A DNA stretch of 64,000 nt from Thermodesulfobacteriota bacterium (GTDB lineage: Bacteria > Desulfobacterota_D > UBA1144 > Nemesobacterales > JAJCZQ01), in contig OZ244044.1 in the NCBI GenBank assembly GCA_965215275.1, forward strand, positions 1,312,001 through 1,376,000, given 5' to 3'. Numbering within the stretch: the stretch's first letter is position 1; each line of letters starts with the position of its first letter. A program made the translations under genes and the position numbers. Under the pieces are notes generated by a model, which was not told the origin of the DNA, made no database searches, and saw only the letters and a list, made by a program, of their open reading frames with translations. This document shows positions 20,757 through 30,300 of this stretch, in pieces.

Positions 20757-21190
20757 TTGACACCACCAATAGAGTCAAAAAACCAGTGATCGTATGTATC
20801 AAAAATTTGTATTTGTGTGTTATTCAACTTTATCTCTTTACAAAGAAACCTCAGCACTGTCTTGGCACGGTCAACTCCCGAACCGTTTACAGCAAAAACA
20901 AAAATACTTTTTCTCCAGTCTTTTTCTAGATACTCTATAAACGCCCTTAATTGATCATATGTATGTTTATTATCAATATCTGTATCTGTTTTAGCTTCTG
21001 CAATTACAATCAAATTCTCTTTATCATATGCATATACATCTGGTCTAAAACCACTGATAAGAGGTGGGATTTCATCACCTGGAAATTTCTGCAAATCAGA
21101 AATAACTATAAGTTCTCCGTAATTTGTTTTTATTGACTTTGCTATTGAGTTGACTAGTTGCTGGTGTTCTTCACTCTGAGACATTTTCAA
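20741..21190 (-). CDS. small PD-(D/E)XK-fold putative nuclease
   Basis: EEH...GFRPDVYA....IAEAKT motif; start could be ATG 21184. Confidence 0.6.
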   Translation of the reverse strand: MKMSQSEEHQQLVNSIAKSIKTNYGELIVISDLQKFPGDEIPPLISGFRPDVYAYDKENLIVIAEAKTDTDIDNKHTYDQLRAFIEYLEKDWRKSIFVFAVNGSGVDRAKTVLRFLCKEIKLNNTQIQIFDTYDHWFFDSIGGVKWHLN

Positions 21191-22205
21191 GCAATTTTTT
21201 CAAACGGTCCATAAGTTCTTCAAGTATTATAATATGTTCAGAAGAATTTTTTTGTTTTTTATCTCTCATCTCACAAATTTCCTCAAAAGGCAACTCGTCA
21301 ATGCGCTTTGAGAGAGATTGTGCAATTTGATATATGGAAAGTTCTTCGAGTTTAGAACTTTCTAAAGGTTTACTTCTTTTTGCATCTTCTTTATCCTCAA
21401 CAATTTTTACAGCTTGTTTTATTGAATTAGGACCACCTTGTAAAAAAACCTCTTTGGCTTCATCATCACAAAGCACTTTTGGCAATTCACGTACATCTTC
21501 CAAACGGTATATTTTTCCGTCTTTAATCCATTCGCCAAAATCCTTAAGTTCTAATCCTGCATTGTAAATGGCGTCTTTAATTTTAGTTCTTTGTAGTTCC
21601 ACAAACCCGCTAAAGCGGTCAATATGAAATGCTGTATCATCAACTATGTCACGATAGTATTCGTTCATATCATTATAAGCATCAATCTGTTTTTGTATTT
21701 CCTTTTTGTTTCCTCCGCAGAGATTTATCATTTCATTGTAATTCATAAAATCGGAATTGTATAAATAGTGAAGATATCTCGCTTTTTCATATGCGGGCCA
21801 CTCTCTTGCACCAATTAAATGAGCTGAAACACGTATTGCCTCAATTTCACTTTGGCTTAGGTTCTCTTTCACTATAGCTTTTATCTTTGACCAATTTCCT
21901 TCAGTGTTTTCCTTAAGAAACTCTTTATAGATTGCGAGACGAGTGTTTCCATCAATGCAGATTGTTTTATTATTTTTCTTTGTAACAGTAATAGGGATTG
22001 TTATCTCTCCTTGGGCACGAATTGAATCTTTCAGTCGGGAAAATGAAGAAGTGTCCTTTGATTCTCCACTTGTAGCAGAACTTAGGGCAAAGTGGATACG
22101 CTCAGCAGTTATTTTGTCTTTGTATCTTATCAGAGCTCCCTTAATTCGTGGATTTTCAGTGTCAAAATCTATTTTTTCAACGTCAAGCATTATGTACTGG
22201 TCCAT
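21171..22205 (-). CDS. ParB/Srx-like N-terminal domain protein (paralogue A)
   Basis: FDTENPRI...LKDSI...PITV....IDGNTRLA...HLIGAREWPAYEKA. Confidence 0.75.
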   Translation of the reverse strand: MDQYIMLDVEKIDFDTENPRIKGALIRYKDKITAERIHFALSSATSGESKDTSSFSRLKDSIRAQGEITIPITVTKKNNKTICIDGNTRLAIYKEFLKENTEGNWSKIKAIVKENLSQSEIEAIRVSAHLIGAREWPAYEKARYLHYLYNSDFMNYNEMINLCGGNKKEIQKQIDAYNDMNEYYRDIVDDTAFHIDRFSGFVELQRTKIKDAIYNAGLELKDFGEWIKDGKIYRLEDVRELPKVLCDDEAKEVFLQGGPNSIKQAVKIVEDKEDAKRSKPLESSKLEELSIYQIAQSLSKRIDELPFEEICEMRDKKQKNSSEHIIILEELMDRLKKLLENVSE

Positions 22206-22318
22206 ACTATTGTCTCCTAGTTAGCCGAAACGGCATAATAATCAGATGTTTAATTATCTATTTATCATAATTTGTCGATTTTATCACGTTTTATATAAAT
22301 TGAGAAATGAGTTAGTTG

Positions 22319-23887
22319 TTAGCTTTCCAGTCCTGCGTCCTCAACAAATTCATCCTCAGCAAGATTGCAACCAATTTGTTGATTTATTTCTTCTTGTAAT
22401 CTGTAAATTTCTTCTGTTTCAGATTTTGTGGCTTTCTTATAGAATGAAGTTATTTTCTTGATTTTGGAGTTTTTAAAGCCATTACCAATTGTTCTTTTCT
22501 TTGAGTAACGATTTTCTGGTAAAGAAAGCCAGTTTAAGAGTTCCTTTTTATCGTCTTCCGACAATTTAGATAATTGACTTTTAAAATCGTCAAATTCACC
22601 TTGTCCACCTTGTTCTCTAAACCACTTTCTATGAAATATGTATCGATGTGGATAGAGAAGAATTTCTTTAAATTCATCAGTGGAACTTCCAAAGGCATAA
22701 TTAAAAAAACCCGGGTTGCCACTTACAACCCCGTGTGTTGCTTGTAATATAATTTGAAAAGAACGTAGTTGATACCAAGTCCATTTTTCTCCGATGTGAG
22801 TTCTATCTGGTAGGTCTGTTGGTTGATAACGCATGGGAAATGACCAAATGCGGATATTAAGTTCTTCGTTCAATTCAATGTTTAGTTCCATTCTCTTGTA
22901 TAGGTCGTCAGGTGTATCATGAAAGTTGTAAAGCATATAATTGGAGAGTCTATCCATACCATACTTATGAGCAAAGCGTATTGAAGTTTCATACTGTTTG
23001 CGGAGCCCCCAATGATCAAAGGCAATCCGCAGAGGACTAACACATAACTTTGACATTTCTTTTAAAAACATCTCGTTCTTGCACAAAATACGGGAGTCGA
23101 CTCCCTGATTGAAATCTACCCTCCTTTTTAAATTAGAACGCCCTCTTTTAATTTTAGCTCCCTTTGAAAATCCTAAATTTTGTATTTCTGCAACAAGTTC
23201 ACGGAAATTTTGCGAGGCGGTGAAGTTATTATCCATCAGAACTAAATCTTTTTTTTCTCCATATTTTTTTGCTATACCTTCTACAATGCCTGATATAGAA
23301 GGAGTGTCTCGCTGAGCTCCTTCTAACTTTGGAACACCACAAAAGCGACAAGAACGAACACATCCACGAGAAGCGTAGGTAAAATAAGCATCTCTAACTG
23401 GATAAACATAGTCTACTTGCTCAAGAATACTGTAATCGGGAATTAAATCCTCTATTGGTGTTCCTTTTGTATCTTCTTGATAAAAATCCCTCTTGCTAAG
23501 TTGTAAGGATTTGGCAGGCGAATCAGACAGGAGACCTGTTATAAATCTAATTCCTCTCCACTTTCCTTTGTTGTTTTTCTGTTCATCTGTAAAAATTTTG
23601 TGCATCAAAGATACAGCAATCCCACCAACAAATATCTTATTTTTTTTAGACCTTGATACTTGTATTGCAAAATCTATAGTTTTTGCAATACGTTTAAATT
23701 CAAAAGAGAATAGGGTTGTAATGTAAATTCTATCCCAATCCAAACTATAAACCAAAGGGTCTTCTCCTTTTATAAAGTGAACATTATCATTCTTTCCAAT
23801 GTGGTACTGAGCAATTTTCATTAGCCCCAAAGGTGGATACTTATTTCTATAGCCGGGTTCTATTAGTAAGATATTTTTTGAAGGCAT
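22319..23887 (-). CDS. radical SAM protein with N-terminal B12-binding-like domain
   Basis: ILLIEPGYRNKYPPLGLMKIA, VGGIAVSL, SRGCVRSCRFC (CxxxCxxC), LMDNNF, VDFNQGVD, LRIAFD; ATG 23887 preferred to TTG 23905. Confidence 0.9.
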   Translation of the reverse strand: MPSKNILLIEPGYRNKYPPLGLMKIAQYHIGKNDNVHFIKGEDPLVYSLDWDRIYITTLFSFEFKRIAKTIDFAIQVSRSKKNKIFVGGIAVSLMHKIFTDEQKNNKGKWRGIRFITGLLSDSPAKSLQLSKRDFYQEDTKGTPIEDLIPDYSILEQVDYVYPVRDAYFTYASRGCVRSCRFCGVPKLEGAQRDTPSISGIVEGIAKKYGEKKDLVLMDNNFTASQNFRELVAEIQNLGFSKGAKIKRGRSNLKRRVDFNQGVDSRILCKNEMFLKEMSKLCVSPLRIAFDHWGLRKQYETSIRFAHKYGMDRLSNYMLYNFHDTPDDLYKRMELNIELNEELNIRIWSFPMRYQPTDLPDRTHIGEKWTWYQLRSFQIILQATHGVVSGNPGFFNYAFGSSTDEFKEILLYPHRYIFHRKWFREQGGQGEFDDFKSQLSKLSEDDKKELLNWLSLPENRYSKKRTIGNGFKNSKIKKITSFYKKATKSETEEIYRLQEEINQQIGCNLAEDEFVEDAGLES

Positions 23888-24090
23888 ATCAGATTTTCTC
23901 TTCAAATATGAATTATAAAGGATATTTATTACATTTATGATATCAAACTTGATTCTTATTTAGTAGATGCGACCTAACTTGCTTTAATTTATCCCGCTTA
24001 TATAAAAATAGTGAGAGATAACATAAGGTGTAAATTCAATTGCTGGCTTGTTTATTTATAACAAATAAGAATAATCAAGCCAATCCTATA

Positions 24091-24429
24091 TTAACACCCA
24101 AAGTTGGTAGAGTCTGATCCATTCTCTTTCTTTTTTAGTCTTGCTGTTGCGTTGTTCCAAAAAAGGTAATGCAGCAAGACCACTGCCAGCAAAATCAAGG
24201 GGATTATGAACTTTAAGACGTTTGCAGTCAGAGCATTGTTCGTAGTGAGCAGATAAAAAAAGGTAAATGAAAGTGCTGATACGACGCAAAGCAGCAATAT
24301 GTATACCTTGACGGATGGCCTGTCCAAAGAAAGGTGACTGCTGCATTTACGGCATTTAAAACTGAACGGGTTCAGGACGGTTAGACTTTCCATGAATCCT
24401 ATTTTTGCTTTACAAACGGGGCAGTTCAT
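24091..24429 (-). CDS. small zinc-ribbon (CxxC-x19-CxxC) membrane protein
   Basis: CPVC...CRKC followed by two TM helices. Confidence 0.7.
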   Translation of the reverse strand: MNCPVCKAKIGFMESLTVLNPFSFKCRKCSSHLSLDRPSVKVYILLLCVVSALSFTFFYLLTTNNALTANVLKFIIPLILLAVVLLHYLFWNNATARLKKKENGSDSTNFGC

Positions 24430-24520
24430 AGTTTTGTGATATTTTTTCTTACAGAATGTGAAGGGGAATTATATATTTAACTGTGCGAAAATAAAATATA
24501 GCTTTTGTATATTTATGCAC

Positions 24521-24550
24521 TTGACATTCGGTCAGTATATAAAGTAAAAT
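24521..24550 (+). promoter_or_regulatory. putative sigma70 promoter of S8 paralogue 1
   Basis: TTGACA-N18-TAAAAT, 10 nt before the ATG; near-identical copy at 41034-41063. Confidence 0.6.
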
Positions 24551-24560
24551 AGAAAAGGTC

Positions 24561-27044
24561 ATGAACATATTCTTTAAGATAATACCCCCCCCGTCTAAGT
24601 TAGTAATTACCTTTTTCTTTCTTCTGTGCTTTGTGTCCATTGGTGCATATGGTCAGACCAGCGTTGATAACTGCGACTCCAGTGCAACGACAGAAGCTAC
24701 ATTGACAGTAGCCGGAAGTACACGTAGTGGAAGTTTATCTGCCGGTGATAATCCGCATTACTTTCAGATAGACATGAATGAAAGATTGATCGTAGCTATA
24801 ATAGTAACCTTCCCCTTCTCCAATGATCAGGGATACAGCTTACAGTTATGTGACAGCAATGATTATCTGATAGCAAGTGCTGCTGGAGTTCGTATTGATG
24901 ATGAGGGTATAGTGAGGGTCACTATAGAAACTCGCCTCAGACCTGAAACGTACTATATAGTAGTGGGAAGCAGTGTTGCCACAACCTACAATGTAACAGT
25001 TGTGGTATCTGATCTTAATACTATATTTGATGATGACTGTCCGGAAAGTAGTACTACCAATTATCCGGATGATCCCTTATACGGGTGTCAGTGGTATCTG
25101 AAACGTCAGGCGGGTGAGTTAAGATTAGGCGAATTAATAACCGGCGAAGATATAAACATAGAAGAGGTCTGGGATGATGCCGTATTTGGTGCTGGGATTA
25201 ACGTGGCGGTGGTAGATCATGGTATGGACACAGATCATGAGGACCTTGCTGATAATGTGGATACCACACTTTCTCATGATTATTCAGGAAGCGGTGATCT
25301 GTACAGTCCTTCAAGTGGTCGTGGTACACGTGTAGCTGGCATTATAGCAGCAGTGGGTGATAACAGCCTTGGAGTAAGAGGTGTAGCACCACAGGCAGGT
25401 ATCTACAGTTATAATTTAGCTGATAACTTCAGTGATACTAATGCAAAGGACGCCATGGTCCGTAATAAGGATATAACGGCTGTATCTGTCAACAACTGGG
25501 GACCGAAGGACCTGCCGGTTCTTACAGAGGCTTCATCAGAGTGGGAAGAAGGAGTGGAAACTGGTATAAGAGAAGGATTTGGTGGTAAAGGAGTATTTTA
25601 CGTATGGGCGGCAGGGGACGGACATGAAGGAGCAGACCAGGCTAATTTTAATGAGTATTCCAGCTACTATGCTGTAACTACCGTATGTTCAGCAGAAACC
25701 GATAGTGAGACGAAAGTTATTACTAAGAGTTCCTTTTCAGAAGAGGGATACAATCTATGGGTATGTGCACCGGGTTCTGGTATTGTAACGACGGACAATA
25801 ACGACATTTATACTTTTGAGTTCCCTGGAACGTCAAATTCAGCTGCTGTCGTTTCAGGAATTGCAGCACTGATACGGGAGGTAAACAGTGATCTTAGCTG
25901 GCGAGACCTGAAACTGATACTGGCAGGTTCAGCCAGCCAAGGTCTTCGTCCTCAGAACGACCCAAACTGGAGGAGAAGAGGGCATAAATACGGTTCTGAT
26001 TCAGAACGTTATGATTACGGTCCAAAGTACGGTTTTGGCATGGTAGATGCTGCTGCGGCAGTAGAACTTGCAGGGAACTGGAATAACGTTCCACCGCCAA
26101 TGAGACCCGTGACGGTTTCCTCGGGTAATATCAATACGGTTATTCCAGATCTCACAACGGGAAATGCAGAAGACGTTTCCGTCGTTTTCACACTGAACGT
26201 ACCTGATATCGATATACCAGGTACTGAGGTCTTTACAGAATTTATAGAGATAGGTCTCAATTTCACTCACCCTTTCTTTCCTTTTTTAGATATAGAAATA
26301 ACTTCCCCTGACGGTACCGTGTCTAGACTCACTGAGGAGTATGCATCAGAAGCGTTATCACATTTATTATCTGACAGGTCTCTTACTGTAGACGACTTTA
26401 AGTACACGGGCAGAGATCACCGTTTTGGTTTAGCCAATCACCTGGGAACGGACCCTGCCGGAGAGTGGACCCTGAAGATAACTAACGCTTCAGTTGCAGG
26501 TACGGGAACCTTACACTCATGGAACATTAAGGTCTATGGTCATATGTCTGGGGACACGCCGACGTTCGGCGGCTGGACCATACCAGATAAGAATTACGTG
26601 CCGGGAACTGCAATAAAGGAAACACTGCCTGAGGCAACAGCAGGGAATGGAGAATTAACCTACAGCCTTTCCCCTCTTTTACCTGCTACTGGTTTACCTG
26701 CTGGACTTGCTTTCAGCGAAACTGACAGAGTGCTTAGCGGAACACCAACTGCTGTATCTTCCGGCAGTTATACATATAAGGTAACGGATGAAGATGGAGA
26801 TACGGATCAGCTGAGATTCACTATCAGGGTAACAACCACGCCTCCAGGACCAACAGACCCACCAACAACAAGACCACCGACACGAAGACCGACACCATCA
26901 GGTAGTGATGCAGGTGGAGGAGGATGTGCGGTCTCCGAGCAGAACGAAGCTGCTTCTGATATGCTCACAGCAGTGGCATCTCTGATGCTTATACCTGTAT
27001 CCGTTGTGATAAGAAGGAAGATAAGGTCTCGGATAAAAACCTAA
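24561..27044 (+). CDS. secreted kexin-like S8 protease homologue (predicted inactive) with P-domain, Ig-like domain and GGGGC-TM-RRK tail
   Basis: VAVVDHG, RGTRVAG (His replaced by Arg), WAAGDG (Asn replaced by Asp), GTSNS, YGFGMVDA; P-domain GEWTLKI...LHSW; LSGTPT Ig-like module; Pro/Thr linker. Confidence 0.88.
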   Translation: MNIFFKIIPPPSKLVITFFFLLCFVSIGAYGQTSVDNCDSSATTEATLTVAGSTRSGSLSAGDNPHYFQIDMNERLIVAIIVTFPFSNDQGYSLQLCDSNDYLIASAAGVRIDDEGIVRVTIETRLRPETYYIVVGSSVATTYNVTVVVSDLNTIFDDDCPESSTTNYPDDPLYGCQWYLKRQAGELRLGELITGEDINIEEVWDDAVFGAGINVAVVDHGMDTDHEDLADNVDTTLSHDYSGSGDLYSPSSGRGTRVAGIIAAVGDNSLGVRGVAPQAGIYSYNLADNFSDTNAKDAMVRNKDITAVSVNNWGPKDLPVLTEASSEWEEGVETGIREGFGGKGVFYVWAAGDGHEGADQANFNEYSSYYAVTTVCSAETDSETKVITKSSFSEEGYNLWVCAPGSGIVTTDNNDIYTFEFPGTSNSAAVVSGIAALIREVNSDLSWRDLKLILAGSASQGLRPQNDPNWRRRGHKYGSDSERYDYGPKYGFGMVDAAAAVELAGNWNNVPPPMRPVTVSSGNINTVIPDLTTGNAEDVSVVFTLNVPDIDIPGTEVFTEFIEIGLNFTHPFFPFLDIEITSPDGTVSRLTEEYASEALSHLLSDRSLTVDDFKYTGRDHRFGLANHLGTDPAGEWTLKITNASVAGTGTLHSWNIKVYGHMSGDTPTFGGWTIPDKNYVPGTAIKETLPEATAGNGELTYSLSPLLPATGLPAGLAFSETDRVLSGTPTAVSSGSYTYKVTDEDGDTDQLRFTIRVTTTPPGPTDPPTTRPPTRRPTPSGSDAGGGGCAVSEQNEAASDMLTAVASLMLIPVSVVIRRKIRSRIKT

Positions 27045-27323
27045 CAATACAGTCCTTTCCAAATGTTGAACTAACTGAGGTCTTTCCGTCAGAATATATA
27101 CTGGTTGCTTAAGGGAGAAGAAGCTTTATCTCTTTGTCAAAGTCCTTTTTTCTTTTGATATTCAATTTCCTTATTACATAAGGTCTAACTACAAGGTTTT
27201 CCACCCGATACGAATATAATTTGTAAAAAATATTTTTTATTCATTTAGCATAGTTACATATGTTATTCCCGTAAATATAAAAATTGAGTTATGAATTTTA
27301 TTCAGGTGTGGTAGAAATTTAAT

Positions 27324-30300
27324 ATGAGCGACAATTTTGTTCACCTTCACCTACATTCGCAGTATTCACTTTTAGACGGAGCGATTAAGTTCGAAAACCT
27401 TGTAGATAGGGTTAATGAGTTTGATATGGGAGCTGTGGCCGTTACCGACCATGGCAATCTGTTCGGGGCTTACCAATTTTATAAAACAGCTACTGACGCG
27501 GGCGTTAAGCCGATTATAGGTTGTGAAATTTACATAACCCCAACGTTAAAACTGGATAAACCATCTGACGGAGAGACTTTTCATCTGACCGTGTTGTGCA
27601 TGAACGAAGTTGGATATAAAAACCTGTCTCGTCTCGTAACAAAGGGATATTTAGAGGGATTTTACCGCAAGCCCAGAGTAGACCACGAGCTAGTGGATAT
27701 TCATAACGAAGGATTGATAGTCCTCAGTGGGTGTATGAGCAGTGAGATATCACAGGCCTTATTAAGCAGAGACAAGAAAGAAGCAACTGCAATAGCATCA
27801 AAATATCATGAGATATTTGGGGACCGCTATTACCTTGAGGTTCAAGCAACTGGTACAAAGGAGCAGGACTTTCTAAACAAAGATTTAAAAGAAATAAGCG
27901 ACGAGTTGGGAATTCCATTAATAGCAACGAACGACTGTCACTACCTGAGGCAGGAAGACGAAAGACTCCATGACGCTCTTCTTTGTATTCAAACGGGTAA
28001 ATTTTTGAAGGAAGAAAAAAGGTTAAAGTTTCAAAATGATCAGTTTTTCGTAAAGTCAAAGGAGCAGATGCAGGACACTTTAAAGGGTTTTGACGAAGCT
28101 TTGGAAAAAACGGTGGAGGTGGCAAACAGGTGTGATTTTAAATTTAAAACCTTTAAGACCGAGGGTGTTTATAAGTTTCCAGACTTTAAACCTCCTAAGG
28201 GTATGACACTTGATGATCATATAACAACCCTGTCACACCAAAATTTGGATGAACTTATAAGTACACGTTCAATAGCGGATAACCAGATTGACGAATATAA
28301 GCAGCGGCTTGACCATGAACTTGAGATAATCTGTCAAATGAGGTTTTCAGCTTATTTTCTTATAGTTGCCGATTTTATAAATTACGCAAGGTCAAAGGAT
28401 ATACCTGTTGGTCCCGGAAGGGGAAGTGCTGTGGGAAGCCTTGTAGCTTACGCACTTGGTATAACGGACGTTGATCCGATCCCGTATGATTTACTCTTTG
28501 AAAGATTTCTGAACCCGGAAAGGATCAGTATGCCGGACATTGACGTTGATTTCTGCGCGGAGGGGAGAGATCAGGTTATTGAATACGTGATAGAGAAGTA
28601 CGGTAAGGACAAAGTGGCACAGATCGGCACTTTTGGTACCATGTCGTCAAAGGCGGTGATCAAAGATGTAGGCAGGGTGCTTGAAATTCCGTACCTGCGT
28701 GTAAATGAAGTTTCAAAATTAATCCCCTCGTTCAGGGGTAAGCCCATTAGCGTTGAAGAAGCACTCAAGAAGGTTCCTGAGATTAAAAGTATGGTTAAAG
28801 AGGTTCCAGAACACCAAGAATTGATGCATCTTGCCAAACCTCTTGAGAACATGGTTCGTCACGCATCTGCTCATGCGTCGGGAATAGTTATATCCAATGA
28901 ACCTCTTTCTGACTATATACCGTTGTACAAGGGTAGCAAGAACGAGACGCTGACACAGTTTGATATGAACTGTCTTGAAGAACTCGGGTATGTGAAGTTT
29001 GATTTTCTTGGATTAAAGACGCTTACGATAATAGATAATGCTGTTAAATGCATAAATGAATCTTTAACTGATCCTGCCCAGCGGATAGATATAAAAAAGA
29101 TACCCCTTGACGATAGAAAAGTGTATGAACTTCTCGTTTCCGGCAATACCCAGGGAGTGTTCCAGATCGAATCAAGTGGAATGAAGGATCTTCTTAAAAG
29201 ACTAAAACCGAGTGCTTTTGAGGATATTATTCCGCTAGTGGCACTTTTCAGACCTGGACCTCTGGATAGCGGAATGGTGGATGACTTTGTCAAAATAAAG
29301 AATGGAAGAAAGAAGATTAAATACCCTCATCCTGATTTGGAAAATATATTAAAGGATACCTACGGACTTTTCGTCTATCAGGAGCAGATAATGCAGACTG
29401 CAAGCAAGATTGCCGGTTATACACTTGAAGAAGCCGATCTTTTACGACGTGCTATGGGAAAGAAAAAACCTCAAGAAATGAAAAAACAAAGGGACAGGTT
29501 TGTCACGGGCGCCATAGACAGGGGTATATCAGAGAGAAAGGCTACGGAGCTTTTTGATACAATGGAGAAATTTGCCGAGTATTCTTTTAATAAAAGCCAC
29601 AGTACCGCTTATGCACTTATCACTTATCAGACGGCTTATATAAAAGCATATTATCCCGTGGAATTTATGGCTTCACTTATGACCAACGAGTCTCAAAACA
29701 TTAAGAAGATTATCCCTTGCATAAATGAATGTAGACAAATGAATATCAAGGTGCTTGGGCCAGACGTTAATGAGAGTAAGTCCGGGTTCATGCCTGTTGC
29801 AGGCAGGATCAGGTTTGGACTTTCCGCGATTAAACACGTTGGAAAAATCCCGGTTAAAGAGATTGTAGAATCCAGGGAGAAAGATGGACCTTATAAATCC
29901 ATATTTGATTTCTGCTCAAGGGTTGACAGGAAAAAGGTAGGCAAAAAACCTCTTGTGAGCCTTATAAAAAGCGGTGCATTTGATTCTCTTGAACCAAACC
30001 GTGCAAAACTGTTCCACTCATCGGAAAAATTGATCATGTTCAATGCTCTTAAGCATAAAAGTTCAATTGAAGGTCAGAACTCGCTCTTTGAGATGGATTC
30101 GACCCAGCCGCCCGTTGATCTTGCAGACGTTGAGGAATGGGATGAGAGAACAATGCTTGAAAATGAGAAGGACGCACTTGACTTTTTCGTTACAAGCCAC
30201 CCGACCTTAATATATTCTTCTGATCTTGAGAGATATGCCCGTACTTCTGGGAACGACAGCGAAACTATCTCAACTCATAAATCCAAAAAGAAAATTACGA

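Noticed and set aside
18243..22205. Chromosome or plasmid partition locus (parABS)
   Set aside because: No ParA Walker ATPase or parS palindromes noticed; the context is nuclease/helicase
22319..23887. Prokaryotic viperin or QueE-type (7-deazaguanine) radical SAM
   Set aside because: The protein is larger with an N-terminal B12-binding-like domain, and no que/dpd genes are adjacent
18224..24090. att sites or terminal repeats bounding the radical SAM cassette
   Set aside because: No convincing direct or inverted repeat and no integrase found by eye; the boundaries rest on composition and gene content only
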